A DNA stretch of 60,447 nt from a virus, in the IMG/VR virus record IMGVR_UViG_3300017773_000009, positions 1 through 60,447 of that record, one strand, 5' to 3'. The notes beneath the pieces were generated by a model. That model had not been told where the DNA came from. It ran no database searches and was given only the letters and a program-made list of their open reading frames with translations. The first letter of the stretch is position 1. Every line of letters starts with the position of its first letter. Positions 60,101-60,447 of the stretch are shown piece after piece. The position numbers and the translations under genes are program-made.

Positions 60101-60447
60101 CCTTCAATCTCTATCTCTTGTTCTTCTTGTACAACAACAGGGGTATTGACTAAATTACCAAAGTCATAACCAATACTATACTTAAACGCACCATCTCCTA
60201 ACTGAATTGTGCTGAAGTAATTGTTCATACCTTGGTCAGTTACTATCGCACCAGTGGTAGGTTCCATCTTACCAATATTCTCACCACTTGTATATATCAT
60301 ACCAACACTGTGAGCTACAGACTCTTGACCATATTTAGTTCCAAAGTATATAGCATCAGCTATAGTCATTCCCTTAACAAAGAAAGACTTCTCTGACCTA
60401 TCATACATTCCATCTATAGATATTGGATTGTATCCTCTTTGTATAAG
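54121..60447 (-). CDS. C-terminal part of the giant 3318-aa virion/ejection-type polyvalent protein (continuation of 3748..1)
   Basis: The frame is open from the stop at 54121-23 to the window edge. The listed start M at 60408 is internal (residue 1224). HExxH motif LIHEVQHYIQD at 59623-59637 is followed by YGEVESRNVERR. The protein is long and largely helical. Confidence 0.85.
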   Translation of the reverse strand, partial: LIQRGYNPISIDGMYDRSEKSFFVKGMTIADAIYFGTKYGQESVAHSVGMIYTSGENIGKMEPTTGAIVTDQGMNNYFSTIQLGDGAFKYSIGYDFGNLVNTPVVVQEEQEIEIEGPIRPKSSVIGVRANLDNLRLDNYILAKQMTKENQDPLLIKRQTGWELGKDGQWRYELMPLSLKKDIESIKSGDIVKLTELANLGELTELYGTGDFAGTLQDINKINVLVKKDSYLQEGEVGGSYNGLYTPDNLPQIVLEVGRGSTEELVRQTLIHEVQHYIQDIENFEGGSSPSSALSEIDSSIAKITREIENSGSITQSEINSLTERRNRLERQASELDNLRKEDGTNVAAYMAYYSNYGEVESRNVERRLNLTEEQRRNALLDMTEDTQEKSIIFTDSSLFTEKLNVKESKLQWSPSKIGRGDRAITERNNIVRDAAEAYYNEEITQEEYLATVNQYSPIKPIIDFIEPAKAEDISTAVGVKSEGKINLQFEEGKSVGLRLDIPAYTNSNIWAITVHEGGTTGAPLSYSNVAKIKNVDFTSNPVVAMNIARHAELKPGGKRMGKATIARMQGEWSPIEGATPQEQGQNAMDFIASIINDDTWSQIGMNPFRHSYFYDRADGMPVLHADEVIQIGGLVYAKNVAKTNPQDKAFEAVEKKTGKTVKFSKMTGWKMMYGRDKGLSSSQITSKYDLLKQMQDSSKKFQIQRELWEKAQQEYNERYDKIKNDPMTFEISSDRLHGETASGKAIKYSEDRSKERSYKFNYLPKSIANIQEIDDVTRITIPRWFFDKSKFYLRNVEGFNPMTGFMKSDFSKDYMDRNGNMPSEFIEDIVIEDIDFKSREPRESKMDMLGDTPQGQPFGLAEVPEGFFERVGYSKPKESKFGGLPIFNLQELEGKLILVVPGDLMGTGVYTGYREGSNIQVDINGGPLFGKKYADKNALWASTTDAAFSSFMNMAYKTKDMYMVIVSQGPISHRGNQEFANLYILELEESIQRGELTKIEAISFINEKINQTTKTGNKRFAKIHGSTINSIEDLRSLLIDNGTYDVRRDFMDSMGAAGVLEVKNPNAKFETGEYKGFPNISKMLDLTLEKSMPLKSENTKNELTKVPRGTIMSVGKIDSQNPRGEQIHPGYPITINGEFLGINTEAGVNISNLMNYALTSEGEQYFEGDTAQRNKKLGGYTKNGALLGAISLRAKESKLPPLQIHMDNIRIQDNGFFSFNGTNAKLQFKKNFTTRGLMSKKTYEASIKKLNETKAKMFDVENIVDKFQIAVEKEYGKELDKETLEAINSSLTGTYELVEMLPPSIQESIVGMRDYIDSLSQHLIDEGMVQGDLEAVVASNIGVYVNRTYDVFENPNYEVAPEVWNNAVYQLRKSYDEMGIELTENAATEILNEVFAEMKGIGNNPLAFFRAKDLLKRDVKSFKRRKDIPTWMRDVMGESKDPVSNFYKTSSKLIHIIEQSKFLSGLREIGFQEGFLSDKYDSQKFPKRISKEESTKYSQYYPLTQGQALYTTPEFAEVIKMFTSEPNQNGMLMQSLMTANYMFKYGATILSVQTHIRNFLSNTLVVGSFGINPFNINSHKYMFDKLKTDGRWNESELRKLIQLGVIRDGAYSGELKAIINDTMGEEIPTTKMFTNKAKLVTQGASNIAQKAYQAEDDYWKIFAFYNLKQDYTKAYPNATEEQIDKMASDDVLNHMPTYSKIPHAIKEIRKFPLVGTFPSFVSEMARNTINHISNTPKMIKSDNEVVSGMGKRRAVGLLTASSLATLIAAAVRNLLPDWDEEKTEALQLEVAPWSRNSDLVPVEFEDGNVYYFDFSSLDPYAHIKKSGKTLFNMVSGEEDSVMEFLRETFDPFLGMEPVTEAILEVNSNRDGYGNPIYNETDDPGSIAVKGFNHIAKVLTPGTVKSFMKMADPDKDLLKELVSTFGGVRISQLNAEKQYYFRVQDAVDDSKLNSRLYYDVAGKDDVSNSQKDNALEKANEKLQETFSTLYNHRVNLEELGMNSNRAYKMTKMPAEKDIYIGKRNQISMYIGQAFPIIPSHRNVSNSELQKVASNLMIAAQLGIVTTSEINSIFRKYVVSDVEREAIQQVSTGDYIYDYELRKVVKKELK
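60330..60447. repeat. Second copy of the 118-bp assembly overlap (identical to 1..118)
   Basis: Exact identity by inspection. Confidence 0.95.

Noticed and set aside
54121-60447. The giant ORF as an N4- or crAss-type virion RNA polymerase
   Set aside because: Scanning the translation by eye found no DxDGD/NADFDGD-like catalytic loop and no T7-like polymerase motifs. This remains untested, because distant homology cannot be excluded without profile or structure searches.

Overview
The window is a complete, circularly closed tailed-phage genome. Bases 1-118 are identical to 60330-60447, so the unique length is 60,329 bp. It is AT-rich and podovirus-like in gene content: there is no tape measure or sheath gene, and a run of internal/ejection-type proteins ends in a giant ORF. 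Three host signals point to Bacteroidota (Flavobacteriia-like): TTG-N18-21-TAnnTTTG promoters that often abut the ATG, no Shine-Dalgarno sequences, and a T9SS C-terminal sorting domain. Layout: (i) A minus-strand late/structural operon (29769 down to 3750) runs tandem GroES-like, TerL, portal, scaffold, major capsid, about 10 tail/virion proteins, a GNAT-like protein and internal proteins. (ii) A 3318-aa giant ORF starts at 3748, runs off the left edge and continues at 60329 down to 54121. The ORF track shows only its C-terminal 2095 aa. (iii) A minus-strand envelope/lysis/tail-fibre block (54109 down to 45305) includes an outer-membrane beta-barrel protein, a T9SS-sorted Cys-repeat protein, a holin and three peptidoglycan-hydrolase-like proteins. 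(iv) A plus-strand early/replication arm (29981-45375) carries a Rad52-like annealase with exonuclease, a DnaA-domain-IV-like protein, an initiator with internal iterons, primase-helicase, PhoH and tRNA-Arg(CCU). The stand-out observation is in the early arm. Between 32280 and 36014, nearly every intergenic gap of a 10-gene operon of small ORFs holds a self-cleaving ribozyme motif: six hammerheads (one type II, five type I) and three pistol ribozymes with compensatory base changes. Each ribozyme starts at or inside the upstream stop codon and is followed by a conserved UUAACCC(C)UAAA leader 15-20 nt before the next AUG. This looks like a ribozyme-punctuated polycistron that would be cut into monocistronic 5'-OH mRNAs. 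All calls come from reading the sequence and translations; no database search or folding program was run.
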